64,000 nucleotides of DNA from an uncultured Fibrobacteria bacterium (GTDB lineage: Bacteria > Fibrobacterota > Fibrobacteria > UBA11236), in contig OY970309.1 of the NCBI GenBank assembly GCA_963716395.1, forward strand, positions 1,696,001-1,760,000, in the 5' to 3' direction. Shown in pieces: positions 56,163 through 64,000 of this stretch. A program made the translations under genes and the position numbers. A model generated the notes under the pieces. It was not told the origin of the DNA and did not search any database. It worked only from the letters and a program-made list of their open reading frames with translations. How positions within the stretch are numbered: the stretch's first letter is position 1; each line of letters starts with the position of its first letter.

Positions 56163-57515
56163 GTGCCACCATTTTCTTTTGCCCCCCATTCCGGCGTTCC
56201 GGCCCGCCACGCGGCCTGGCGCATTTTACTTGAACAAGAGACGGGCGGGGCCTTTTTGAAAGACCTCTTCGCCACGGCGCGCGGGGTTCCCGAACGCGAC
56301 GCCGCCTTGGTGCGGGCCCTGTGTTTCGGCGTGATGCGCTGGCGGCTGCTGCTCGACGACAACCTCGACGCCTGCGCGCCGCGCGGCATCCGCGGCGCCC
56401 GTCTGCGCATGCTGTTGCGGGTGGCCGCCTACCAGTTGTTTTTCCTGTCGGGCATTCCCGACTTCGCGGCCGTGGACACGGCCGTGGAAATCGCCAAGCG
56501 CGAATTCGGCCGGGCGCAGGCGGGTTTTGCCAACGCCCTGCTCAAGGCCGTGGCGCGGCAAGGCCTGCGCCGCCGTCCGGGAAATGACGCAGCTTCGCTG
56601 TCCGTCAACTTTTCGCATCCGCGCTGGCTGGTCGAACGCTGGAGCCGCGATCTTGCGCCGGCCGCCCTGGCCGTGGCGCTGCAGCGCAACAACGAAGAAG
56701 CGCCGCTGTGGATTCGCATCAACCCGCGGCGCGCCACCCCGCCGGCCGTGGCCGACGCCTTGGCGGAGCAAGGCGTTCCATCCGATGCGTGGCCGGCCTC
56801 GCCCTGGTTCCGGCGGCTGACGGGCGGCGGCGAAGCGGCCTTGCGCAGCCCCTTGTTCGCGCAAGGCGCGTTCGCCTTTCAAGATCCCGTGGCGCATTGG
56901 GTGGCGCAATTGCTCGACTGGCACCCGGGACAAACCCTGTACGACGCCTGTTCAGCGCCCGGCGGCAAAGCGGCGCTGCTCTTAGAAACGGCGGCCGCGC
57001 GCGGCGAAGATGCGGGCGCGGGCCGCATCGTCTGCGGCGACGCATCGTGGAATCGGCTGCGGAGAATCGGCGACGCGCGCCGACGCCTGGGCCATACTGA
57101 ACTATTGCCGGTTTGCGCCGATCTCGGTGCCCCGCCGTTTCGCAGCGCTTTTGATCGCGTCTTGCTCGACGCCCCTTGCAGCAATCTCGGCGTGCTCAGA
57201 CGGCGGCCCGAAGCCCGCTGGAGCGCGTCGCCGGAAAAGATCACCGCTTTGGCCCGGCGGCAAAAAGCCTTGCTGGAACGCGCCGCAACCTGTCTGGCGG
57301 CCGGGGGGCGGCTGGTCTACGCTGTATGCAGCGCCGAAGGCGAAGAAACCGTCGAGGTCGTGCAAGCCTTTGTCGCCGCCCATCCCGAATTCGCCTTGGA
57401 ACCTGCCGAAGATAAAGTCCCAACCGCGCTGTGCAAGCATGGCTGCTTGTGGGTGTATCCGGGTGAAACCGAAAGCGACGGGTTTTTTGCGGCGGCGCTG
57501 ACGCGGAGGAATTAA
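56163..57515 (+). CDS. rsmB: 16S rRNA m5C967 methyltransferase RsmB/Sun (start uncertain)
   Basis: NusB-like N-domain (LRVAAYQL, GFANALL), FSHPRWL, FQD, DACSAPGGK, LDAPCS, YAVCS. Confidence 0.88.
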   Translation: MPPFSFAPHSGVPARHAAWRILLEQETGGAFLKDLFATARGVPERDAALVRALCFGVMRWRLLLDDNLDACAPRGIRGARLRMLLRVAAYQLFFLSGIPDFAAVDTAVEIAKREFGRAQAGFANALLKAVARQGLRRRPGNDAASLSVNFSHPRWLVERWSRDLAPAALAVALQRNNEEAPLWIRINPRRATPPAVADALAEQGVPSDAWPASPWFRRLTGGGEAALRSPLFAQGAFAFQDPVAHWVAQLLDWHPGQTLYDACSAPGGKAALLLETAAARGEDAGAGRIVCGDASWNRLRRIGDARRRLGHTELLPVCADLGAPPFRSAFDRVLLDAPCSNLGVLRRRPEARWSASPEKITALARRQKALLERAATCLAAGGRLVYAVCSAEGEETVEVVQAFVAAHPEFALEPAEDKVPTALCKHGCLWVYPGETESDGFFAAALTRRN

Positions 57516-57901
57516 CGCTTTGCCTGTTCTTTTTCCACTTGCCGGTGGATGGCTTGAAACAGAAGCTCTTCGTCGAGAATGGGCTTGGCCACGTAATCGT
57601 CGAAACCCGCGGCCAGGTATTTTTCGCGGTCGCCGTTCATGGCATGCGCCGTGAGCGCGATGACCGGCACTTGGCCCAGTCCGGGATCGGTGCGCAGGCG
57701 GCGCAGCACCTCCACGCCGTCCATGCCCGGCAGCGAAATGTCGAGCAGCACCACGTCGGGCCGCGAGCGGGGCAATCCGTCCAGGGCTTCGGCGCCGTTG
57801 TCATAGGCTTCGGTGGCGTAGCGCCCTTCGAGCATGGCTTCGAGCAGCAATTGATTGTCGGCGTTGTCTTCGACAATGGCCACGCGTTTGAGTCCGGACA
57901 T
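57512..57901 (-). CDS. Single-domain response regulator (DivK/CheY-like)
   Basis: VEDN, LLDISLPGMDG, ALTAHAM, VAKP. Confidence 0.92.
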   Translation of the reverse strand: MSGLKRVAIVEDNADNQLLLEAMLEGRYATEAYDNGAEALDGLPRSRPDVVLLDISLPGMDGVEVLRRLRTDPGLGQVPVIALTAHAMNGDREKYLAAGFDDYVAKPILDEELLFQAIHRQVEKEQAKR

Positions 57902-58133
57902 GGCGCCTCCCGGTTTATTATACCGCAGGCCATGGGGCGACCCAAGCGTGTGCGCCCTGATTTCAACTTTTGGAGTCTGTTGCGGCCGGAAGGGCCGCTT
58001 CCTGCATGCTGCTGCGGTTTTTACCATCGATGAAGCGGCCGGCAGTGTCGGGACGGCGGTTGGCTCTTCAGAAAGCGCCTTCGCCCCATGATTCCACTCG
58101 ACGCCTGAGGCGGCTTGGCGGAACCGAAATCCA

Positions 58134-58156
58134 GTTGTATTATGAATTATTACAAC
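58134..58156 (+). promoter_or_regulatory. Putative RHH antitoxin operator
   Basis: Inverted repeat gttgtatta-tgaat-tattacaac (one mismatch) just upstream of the GGAGG SD. Confidence 0.6.
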
Positions 58157-58170
58157 CCCTCGGAGGCCGG

Positions 58171-58389
58171 ATGCGTCAAACCGTCACGGTTAGTTTGCCC
58201 TCTCCCTTGAAAGGCGGCCTGGATCGCCTCTCCCGTAAGGACCATGTGAGTCGAAGCGATATCGTTCGCGAGGCTGTGCGCCGCTATATTTCCATCAGGG
58301 AATTTGAAGGTTTGAGAGAAAAATGGCTCCCCCTGGGGGCTAAACGCGGCCTGTTCACCGATGAGGATGTTTTTAAAGCCTTGAAATGA
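58171..58389 (+). CDS. CopG/ribbon-helix-helix antitoxin
   Basis: MRQTVTVSLP...SRSDIVREAVRRY...TDEDVF; ATGA overlap with the PIN gene. Confidence 0.88.
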   Translation: MRQTVTVSLPSPLKGGLDRLSRKDHVSRSDIVREAVRRYISIREFEGLREKWLPLGAKRGLFTDEDVFKALK

Positions 58390-58790
58390 AGGTGTTCTTG
58401 GACACCAATGTGCTGCTTTCGGCTTTGCTCACGAGAGGAAATTGCAGCCTGATTCTTGGACATTGCCTGGAACATCATGACATCATGCTTTCCGAAACCG
58501 TGTTGGAAGAGTTCAGTCGCAAGGCGCTCGGTAAACTGAAAGCTTCCGCTTTCGAGGTTTCGGAACGCGTGGCCTTTTTCCGAAAATATGCGATCGTGGC
58601 TGAGGAGCCGGTAAAAATCAACCGCCGATGTCGCGACCCCAAGGATGATCGCATTTTGGCCGCGGCATCGGCCTCCAGCGCCGATTGCCTGATCACCGGC
58701 GATAAGGAAATTCTTTCCCTCGCCGGCCATTTTCCCATTCCCATCATTCCCCCCGGCCGTTTCTTTGCGTTCGAAGCCGGCTGGGCGTAA
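58386..58790 (+). CDS. PIN-domain toxin
   Basis: MKVFLDTNVLLSA, RDPKDDRIL, ITGDKEIL. Confidence 0.92.
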   Translation: MKVFLDTNVLLSALLTRGNCSLILGHCLEHHDIMLSETVLEEFSRKALGKLKASAFEVSERVAFFRKYAIVAEEPVKINRRCRDPKDDRILAAASASSADCLITGDKEILSLAGHFPIPIIPPGRFFAFEAGWA

Positions 58791-58791
58791 T

Positions 58792-58817
58792 TCGGGACGG
58801 CACTGCGTCCCGATTTT
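58792..58817 (+). terminator. Intrinsic terminator after the PIN toxin
   Basis: tcgggacg-gcactg-cgtcccga followed by tttt. Confidence 0.6.
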
Positions 58818-58870
58818 GAAGTGGGATTTAAAAAAAAAGACCCGGTTTTAATTCTGGACCCGGGGTCGAT

Positions 58871-58975
58871 TTACTTCCTGGCTTCTTTCTTTTGTTTCTT
58901 CGCCTCGCGTTTTTCCTTCAAGGTTTTAGCGGGCTCTTTTTTGGTTTTCTTTTCGGTGTTGCGTTCTTTCGCCAT
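58871..58975 (-). CDS. Small Lys-rich basic protein (34 aa)
   Basis: Read manually: GGAG SD, then MAKERNTEKKTKKEPAKTLKEKREAKKQKKEARK*; followed by an imperfect hairpin and T9 on the minus strand (58829-58867). Confidence 0.7.
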   Translation of the reverse strand: MAKERNTEKKTKKEPAKTLKEKREAKKQKKEARK

Positions 58976-59229
58976 ATTAATCTCCAGGATAACGGGAAAA
59001 CGTCATAGTATAAAAATCTCTTACCGCGTGATGGCCATCACTCCGAGTAAAAGCCCGCATGCATCCGAACCAACCGCGTCGCACTACGTCTTGCAGGAGG
59101 CAGCGACCGCATTCTCCCGATACGGAAAGGCGAAAATCAGCGGTGAAAAAACACCTCCGTCTTGGACCGGAAGAAAACCCCCATCCGCCCCGAATTTATT
59201 TCCCGCCGGTGGTGATAAAAGATTCGAGA

Positions 59230-60267
59230 TTAAAGCGCTTCCTGCATGCTGCTGCAATGCAGCGCTCCCTGGCCGTACACCAGGGCCCGGCAGTCGATGG
59301 GTACCACGGCGCGGCGCGGAAAATGCTTGGCGAACAGAGCGAGCGCCGCGTCGTCGCGGGGGTCGCGGAACACCGGCACCAGCACCGCGCCGTTCAGGAT
59401 TAAAAAGTTCAGATAGGTGGCGGGCGTGCGCAAGCCGGCCTTGATCTGCCGGCCCGGCATGGGAACCTCGACCACGTCCAAATCCAGGCGACGCGCATAG
59501 GCCGCGAGGCCGGCCGCGTTACGGCGCAAGACGGCGTAATTCTCGTCCGCGGAATCCGTTTCCACCGCGCAGAAAACCGTGCGGGCGTCCACGAAGCGCG
59601 CCAGATCGTCGATATGGCCGTCGGTGTCGTCGCCGTCGATGCCGGAGTCGAGCCACAAAATTTCGTTGAGACCCAGATGGGTTTTTAAAACCGCTTCGAT
59701 TTCCGCTGGGGATTTCCCCGGGTTGCGGTTCGGGTTCAATAAGCACGAACGCGTCGTCAACAACAGGCCCGCACCGTTCACGTCGATGGATCCCCCCTCC
59801 AGCACAAAGGGGACTTCCACAAGCCCGTAACCCCGATGTTTCGCCATAAAGCGCGGAACGGCGTTGTCCGCATCCCAAGGCGGGTATTTCCCTCCCCACG
59901 AATTGAACGCAAACGAAAGCAGGACCGGGCCGCCTTCCGGGGCCCATACGGTCAGGCCGCCGTAATCGCGAATCCAACTGTCATTGGTGGGGCAGACGAG
60001 GATTTCCAACCGATATTCGGCTTCGTGGTGACGGGCCTCGGCGACGTAGAAGCGGGTTTCCAGTTTCCGGCGTAACTCCGGTGTGGACACGAGGAGAACG
60101 ACGTCCTGAAACCGAAGCGCGGCATGGATGGCTTTTTCGTAGGCCGCTTCGGCTTCGGCCCCAACCGCTTTCCACGTGTCGGGGTTTTGCGGCCAGGTGA
60201 ACCAGACGGCCCGTTGTGGTTCCCATTCCGCGGGAAGGCGATAGCGCCCCGGAAAGCTATTCGGCAC
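59230..60267 (-). CDS. aguA: Agmatine deiminase family protein
   Basis: PAEWEPQ, DSWIRDYG, FNSWGGKY, EGGSI, DTDGHIDD, GALHCSSMQ. Confidence 0.92.
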   Translation of the reverse strand: MPNSFPGRYRLPAEWEPQRAVWFTWPQNPDTWKAVGAEAEAAYEKAIHAALRFQDVVLLVSTPELRRKLETRFYVAEARHHEAEYRLEILVCPTNDSWIRDYGGLTVWAPEGGPVLLSFAFNSWGGKYPPWDADNAVPRFMAKHRGYGLVEVPFVLEGGSIDVNGAGLLLTTRSCLLNPNRNPGKSPAEIEAVLKTHLGLNEILWLDSGIDGDDTDGHIDDLARFVDARTVFCAVETDSADENYAVLRRNAAGLAAYARRLDLDVVEVPMPGRQIKAGLRTPATYLNFLILNGAVLVPVFRDPRDDAALALFAKHFPRRAVVPIDCRALVYGQGALHCSSMQEAL

Positions 60268-61150
60268 TGCGGTTCAATAAGCCTTGATAGGCGTCGATGC
60301 GCCGGTCGCGTAGAAAGGGCCAATTGCGGCGCTCCATTTCGATACGGGTCATCTCGATGTCGGCGCAAATCACGCCTTCCTGCTCCGAGTCGAGGCGCGC
60401 CAGAATTTCGCCGGCCGGCCCGGCGATGAACGAATTGCCCCAGAAGCGCAAGTGCCCTTCGCGGCCCACGCGGTTGGCGGCCGCGACATAGACGCCGTTG
60501 GCCACGGCATGGCCGCGCTGCACCGTGACCCAGGCCGCGAGCTGGCGGATTTCCAGGGTCCGTGCGGCCGTGGTCGAAAGTTTTCCGGTTTCGACATCAT
60601 CCCAGCCGATGGCGGTGGGATAAAGCAAGGTCTCGCAGCCTTGCAATGCCGTGAGCCGCGCGGCTTCGGGAAACCATTGATCCCAGCAAATGAGCACGCC
60701 GAGTTTTCCCGCCCGGGTCGCAATCGATTTGAAACCGAGATCGCCGGGCGCGAAGTAGTACTTCTCGTTGAAACCCGGATCCTGCGGGATGTGCATTTTG
60801 CGATACAGGCCCGCCAACGCTCCGTCGGCGTCGAACACCGCGGCCGAATTGTGATAGAGCCCGGGTGCGCGTTTTTCGAAAAACGGCAGCACCAGGGCGA
60901 TGCCCAGTTCGCGCGCCAGAAATTGCAAAATCCGCGCGGGTTCGGCGGCGAGCGTATGCGCCAAATCGAAATGGCGCGGGTCTTCTTCAATGCAGAAATA
61001 GTCGTGCAAGACGAGCTCGGGCAAGAGCACGGCTTGGCCGCCTTTTTCGGCGGCGGTGCGAATCAATTCCTGCAGACGCGCAAAGCGATCGGGCAACAGG
61101 GCATTGCCCCGGCATTGCACCACCGCGAGTTTGAAAGCACCTGACGACAC
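60257..61150 (-). CDS. aguB: N-carbamoylputrescine amidase (carbon-nitrogen hydrolase)
   Basis: LPEL, YRKMHIPQDPGFNEKYYF, ICWDQWFPE, YPTAIGW; adjacent to aguA. Confidence 0.9.
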   Translation of the reverse strand: MSSGAFKLAVVQCRGNALLPDRFARLQELIRTAAEKGGQAVLLPELVLHDYFCIEEDPRHFDLAHTLAAEPARILQFLARELGIALVLPFFEKRAPGLYHNSAAVFDADGALAGLYRKMHIPQDPGFNEKYYFAPGDLGFKSIATRAGKLGVLICWDQWFPEAARLTALQGCETLLYPTAIGWDDVETGKLSTTAARTLEIRQLAAWVTVQRGHAVANGVYVAAANRVGREGHLRFWGNSFIAGPAGEILARLDSEQEGVICADIEMTRIEMERRNWPFLRDRRIDAYQGLLNRSAE

Positions 61151-61179
61151 GGAGGCAAAGCTAAAAAGCCGGCGGACGC

Positions 61180-61671
61180 TTAGTGATGATGATGGCCGTG
61201 GCCGCCGTGTTCGTGCACATGGCCGTGTTCCAGTTCTTCGGAGGTGGCGTCGCGGATTTCGGCCACGCGGATGGTGAAATGCAAATCCTGCCCGGCCAGC
61301 GGATGGTTGCCGTCCGCCACGATTTCCTCTTCGCTCACCGAGGTCACCGTGAGCATTTCCTCCCCGTGGGGTCCGCGCATTTGCAAGGTCATGCCCTCTT
61401 CCACCGCGCCCAGATTTTTGATGCGGGCGCGGGGAATGCGGCGAATCCGCTCCTCGTCGTATTCCCCGTAGCCGTCGGCGGCCACGATGCGCACTTCGAA
61501 GCGATCGCCTTCGGTGCGGCCGGCCATGGCCCGCTCCAAGCCGGGAACGATGTTGCCGGAGCCTTGGATGAAATGCAAAAGATCTTCCCCGGAATTGGAA
61601 TCGATCACTTCGCCTTCGGTATTTTTCAGCGTGTATTCGATTCCCACCACTTTTTGATCTTCGACTTTCAT
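61180..61671 (-). CDS. slyD: FKBP-type peptidyl-prolyl isomerase SlyD
   Basis: IVPGLE, GYGEYD, DGNHPLAG; His-rich tail. Confidence 0.94.
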   Translation of the reverse strand: MKVEDQKVVGIEYTLKNTEGEVIDSNSGEDLLHFIQGSGNIVPGLERAMAGRTEGDRFEVRIVAADGYGEYDEERIRRIPRARIKNLGAVEEGMTLQMRGPHGEEMLTVTSVSEEEIVADGNHPLAGQDLHFTIRVAEIRDATSEELEHGHVHEHGGHGHHHH

Positions 61672-61696
61672 GTTCTGCGTCTCCTGGGTTGGGGGT

Positions 61697-64000
61697 TCAC
61701 TTCACGATGCCGATACGCGTCCATGCCGATTTTTTGCCGCCGGGGAACCACACTTCGCACAAAGCGGCGTACACGTCGGGTCCGAGGCGGCGTAAATCCA
61801 AGGTGTGGGTAAAGGGTTGCAGGCCCGGCGTCAAGCCGGTGAAGGTCAAGTCTTTCACGGGATTGCCCGCCAGATCGAAAAGTCTTACGCGCGCCTTGTC
61901 GGCCGCGGCCCCCACCTTGAGATGGATGGTGGCCATGTAGTTGTCACCCGCGCGCAAGGGGCTGGGAAAGAGGTGGAATTCTTCGATGGTTTCTTCGGCT
62001 CCCGGTGTCACGGGCGCTCCCAAGGTTTCGGCGGAAAAGTGGTTGCTGCGGCCGGCATCGCCGCCGGGCAAAAACCAGTTCTGGCCCGGCTTGGCCTCGG
62101 CATTGCGCAAATCCCACAGGCTCAAGCTGCCCTCGGCGGTTTGCGCCAGTAAATCCAGGCCTGAATCCACGGTGGCGAGGGTCAGATGTACGAAAGGGGT
62201 TTGCGTGGTGTCGAGCGACAGCCCGCCCGCAGTGAGGGGCCAGTCGGAGCGGTTGGTCATGAGCAGGCCCGTGTTGTTGCCGGAAGAGAAGGAACTGTAG
62301 GTCACGGGTTTGCCCGTGCTGTCGACGGCGTATACCAAGCCGTCGGGGGTGCCCACCAGCACCGCCGGATGGCCGCGTAAGGACAGAACCAGCGGCGTGC
62401 AGCTAATCACCGTGGCCGGGGCCAAGGCGCTGGCATAGGTGAAGCCCACGTCTTGATGCGGTTGCGGCAGAAAGGGCCAGCCCGGCAGCACGGCTCCATG
62501 CCAATCCACGGCGTAGACGGCGTTGGACCCGCTGAAGAGAATGTCGGGATGGCCATCGCCGTTGAGATCGGCCAACGCCGGCGGGCTGCGATCTTCGGTG
62601 CGATAGCTTTTGCCCGCCGTGTCGGTCAAGGTGAGCGAGCGCGTAAAGCGCTGAGGAAAGCCCGCAAAGGCCTGGCCTGGCTCATCGCTGCGCGCTTCGA
62701 AGAGCAGGGCGCTGCCTTGTGATCCCAGGAGAAACACATCGTCCTGGCCGTCGCGGTTGAAATCCGAAGTCACCACGCTGAAGGTTTCATCGGCAGAGGG
62801 CTGTAGGTTGCCCCAAGCCGGGTGCAAATCCACCGCCTGGTGGGCCGCAAGATCCACGCGCACGGCCGCGCCCCCGGCTCCGGCCGCCACGATTTGGGTA
62901 TCGCCGTTGGGACCATAGGGCAGCCAGGCCAAGGCCTGGCAGGCCTGTAACGGTAAGGTGACGCTGTCGGTTTCCACGCCGGTCAATGAGAAACCCCGCA
63001 GCACGCCGGCGCTGTCGACCGCGAAGACCTTGCTCCCCAGCGCCAGGGGTCCGGCCGCGCCGCGCAGCGGCACCGTGGTTTCGGTACCGCCGGTGCGGGC
63101 GCCCGCCTTGAGCGAATCGGCCAGGGGATGGACGAACCGCAGCGCCTGGCCGGTGAGCACGGCCAGCACCGAGTCGCGGGCCACGCACACTCCGATCGGC
63201 GCGCCCACCGGGTTCACCATCGAATTGATTGGGGCGGCGTCTTGCGGATGTACGTTGCCGGAAGAAAGCGGCGAGGTGACGCCGGAAAAATGCGCGCTGT
63301 CGCTCACCGTATCGCGCGCCGCCAAGGCCGGTACGCCCGCGGCGGTATAGGTTTGCAAATCGCCCGCATCGCTGACGCTGATGAGGTAGGGGCCGCCGCC
63401 GCTTCCATCGTGCAGCACATTCACGGCTTGCAGCATTCCCGCTGGCGCGGTGCGCACCGGCCAGGCCGAGCCCGGCGGCTGCGACAAGGTGCTGTCATCG
63501 GGCCATTCGACGCGCAAGGTCAGGGCCGAATCGCGGTAGGAAAACACCGAGTCCCCGGTGAAATTACCGACGCTGGGATCGATCTTGGCTCCACTGGGCA
63601 AAATACCCTGCAACACGATATGGGTGCGGCCGTCATTCCAGGTGTTGGTGTTGGCGAATCCGTACGATCCGATTACACTCAAGGTTTCCGGCGCCATCCA
63701 CGAAGTGTCTTTGGGCGGATTTTTGCGGGCGCGGAACAGAACCGGAAACAAATCGTCGGCCGAACCGTAATCAAAGGCGGGCTGGCCCAAGGCGTCGGTG
63801 AACTGCTTGCCGATGCTGGGAACACCGTTGGCTTCGACCAGAGCCAGGCCCCGGTATTGCTGCTGCAAGGTGTCGCCCAAATAGGCGTTCACCGCGTCGT
63901 CTTTGAGGAAGTCGTCGAGAAACCATTGGTTCACATGCCAAAGCAGAAGGCCATTGCCCGGAAGCCCCAGGTCATAGCGGCTGGCGCCGGTGATGATGCC
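61697..64000 (-). CDS. Partial large secreted protein: M6/InhA-like metalloprotease-associated region, FG-GAP repeats and C-terminal sorting domain (5' end outside the window)
   Basis: Frame open to the window edge; LPGNGLLLWHVN, LVEANG, DFNRDGQDD, SPPALADLNGDGHPDI, LPGWP; C-terminal FPSP...LFDLAGNPV. Confidence 0.7.
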   Translation of the reverse strand, partial: GIITGASRYDLGLPGNGLLLWHVNQWFLDDFLKDDAVNAYLGDTLQQQYRGLALVEANGVPSIGKQFTDALGQPAFDYGSADDLFPVLFRARKNPPKDTSWMAPETLSVIGSYGFANTNTWNDGRTHIVLQGILPSGAKIDPSVGNFTGDSVFSYRDSALTLRVEWPDDSTLSQPPGSAWPVRTAPAGMLQAVNVLHDGSGGGPYLISVSDAGDLQTYTAAGVPALAARDTVSDSAHFSGVTSPLSSGNVHPQDAAPINSMVNPVGAPIGVCVARDSVLAVLTGQALRFVHPLADSLKAGARTGGTETTVPLRGAAGPLALGSKVFAVDSAGVLRGFSLTGVETDSVTLPLQACQALAWLPYGPNGDTQIVAAGAGGAAVRVDLAAHQAVDLHPAWGNLQPSADETFSVVTSDFNRDGQDDVFLLGSQGSALLFEARSDEPGQAFAGFPQRFTRSLTLTDTAGKSYRTEDRSPPALADLNGDGHPDILFSGSNAVYAVDWHGAVLPGWPFLPQPHQDVGFTYASALAPATVISCTPLVLSLRGHPAVLVGTPDGLVYAVDSTGKPVTYSSFSSGNNTGLLMTNRSDWPLTAGGLSLDTTQTPFVHLTLATVDSGLDLLAQTAEGSLSLWDLRNAEAKPGQNWFLPGGDAGRSNHFSAETLGAPVTPGAEETIEEFHLFPSPLRAGDNYMATIHLKVGAAADKARVRLFDLAGNPVKDLTFTGLTPGLQPFTHTLDLRRLGPDVYAALCEVWFPGGKKSAWTRIGIVK

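Larger units (their letters stand above)
57996..59255. mobile_element. Putative integrated TA islet bounded by 20-bp direct repeats (att-like) at the aguA 3' end
   Basis: cgcttcctgcatgctgctgc exact at 57996-58015 and 59236-59255; the enclosed DNA is more AT-rich by eye and carries an RHH-PIN pair; no integrase. Confidence 0.6.

Noticed and set aside
58821-59444. 207-aa plus-strand ORF with a Phe-rich hydrophobic stretch
   Set aside because: The hydrophobic part is the antisense of the Lys-rich 34-aa ORF, and its 3' part is antisense to aguA

Overview
High-GC chromosomal segment from a diderm bacterium, most plausibly FCB group and probably Fibrobacterota. This placement is inferred from lpxK, a TSP3-repeat OmpA, a PorZ-like protein and several secreted proteins with T9SS/FlgD-like C-terminal domains. 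The backbone is housekeeping: rimP-nusA-infB-rbfA-truB-ribF, rpsO-pnp-M16 peptidase, mazG, dprA, ftsB, proB-proA-hisI-tilS, ftsH-folP, valS, lpxK, rsmB and slyD-aguB-aguA. The accessory content is (i) a 23.6-31.2 kb block with an HTH-PAS regulator, a receiver-like/HATPase protein, an orphan DUF2063 protein, a secreted transglutaminase-like protein and a C39-like peptidase + RLAN-RimK ATP-grasp + GCS2 amidoligase operon; (ii) an AlgI/AlgJ O-acetylation pair; (iii) two secreted-protein genes between tilS and ftsH; (iv) a MazEF-type TA pair splitting proB from proA; and (v) a 1.26 kb RHH-PIN TA islet bounded by a perfect 20-bp direct repeat that duplicates the 3' end of aguA. Two small ORFs absent from the ORF track (43 and 34 aa) and several apparent leaderless promoters were read directly from the sequence. 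No tRNA, rRNA, CRISPR array, integrase or transposase was seen. All product calls rest on motif recognition by eye, not database searches.
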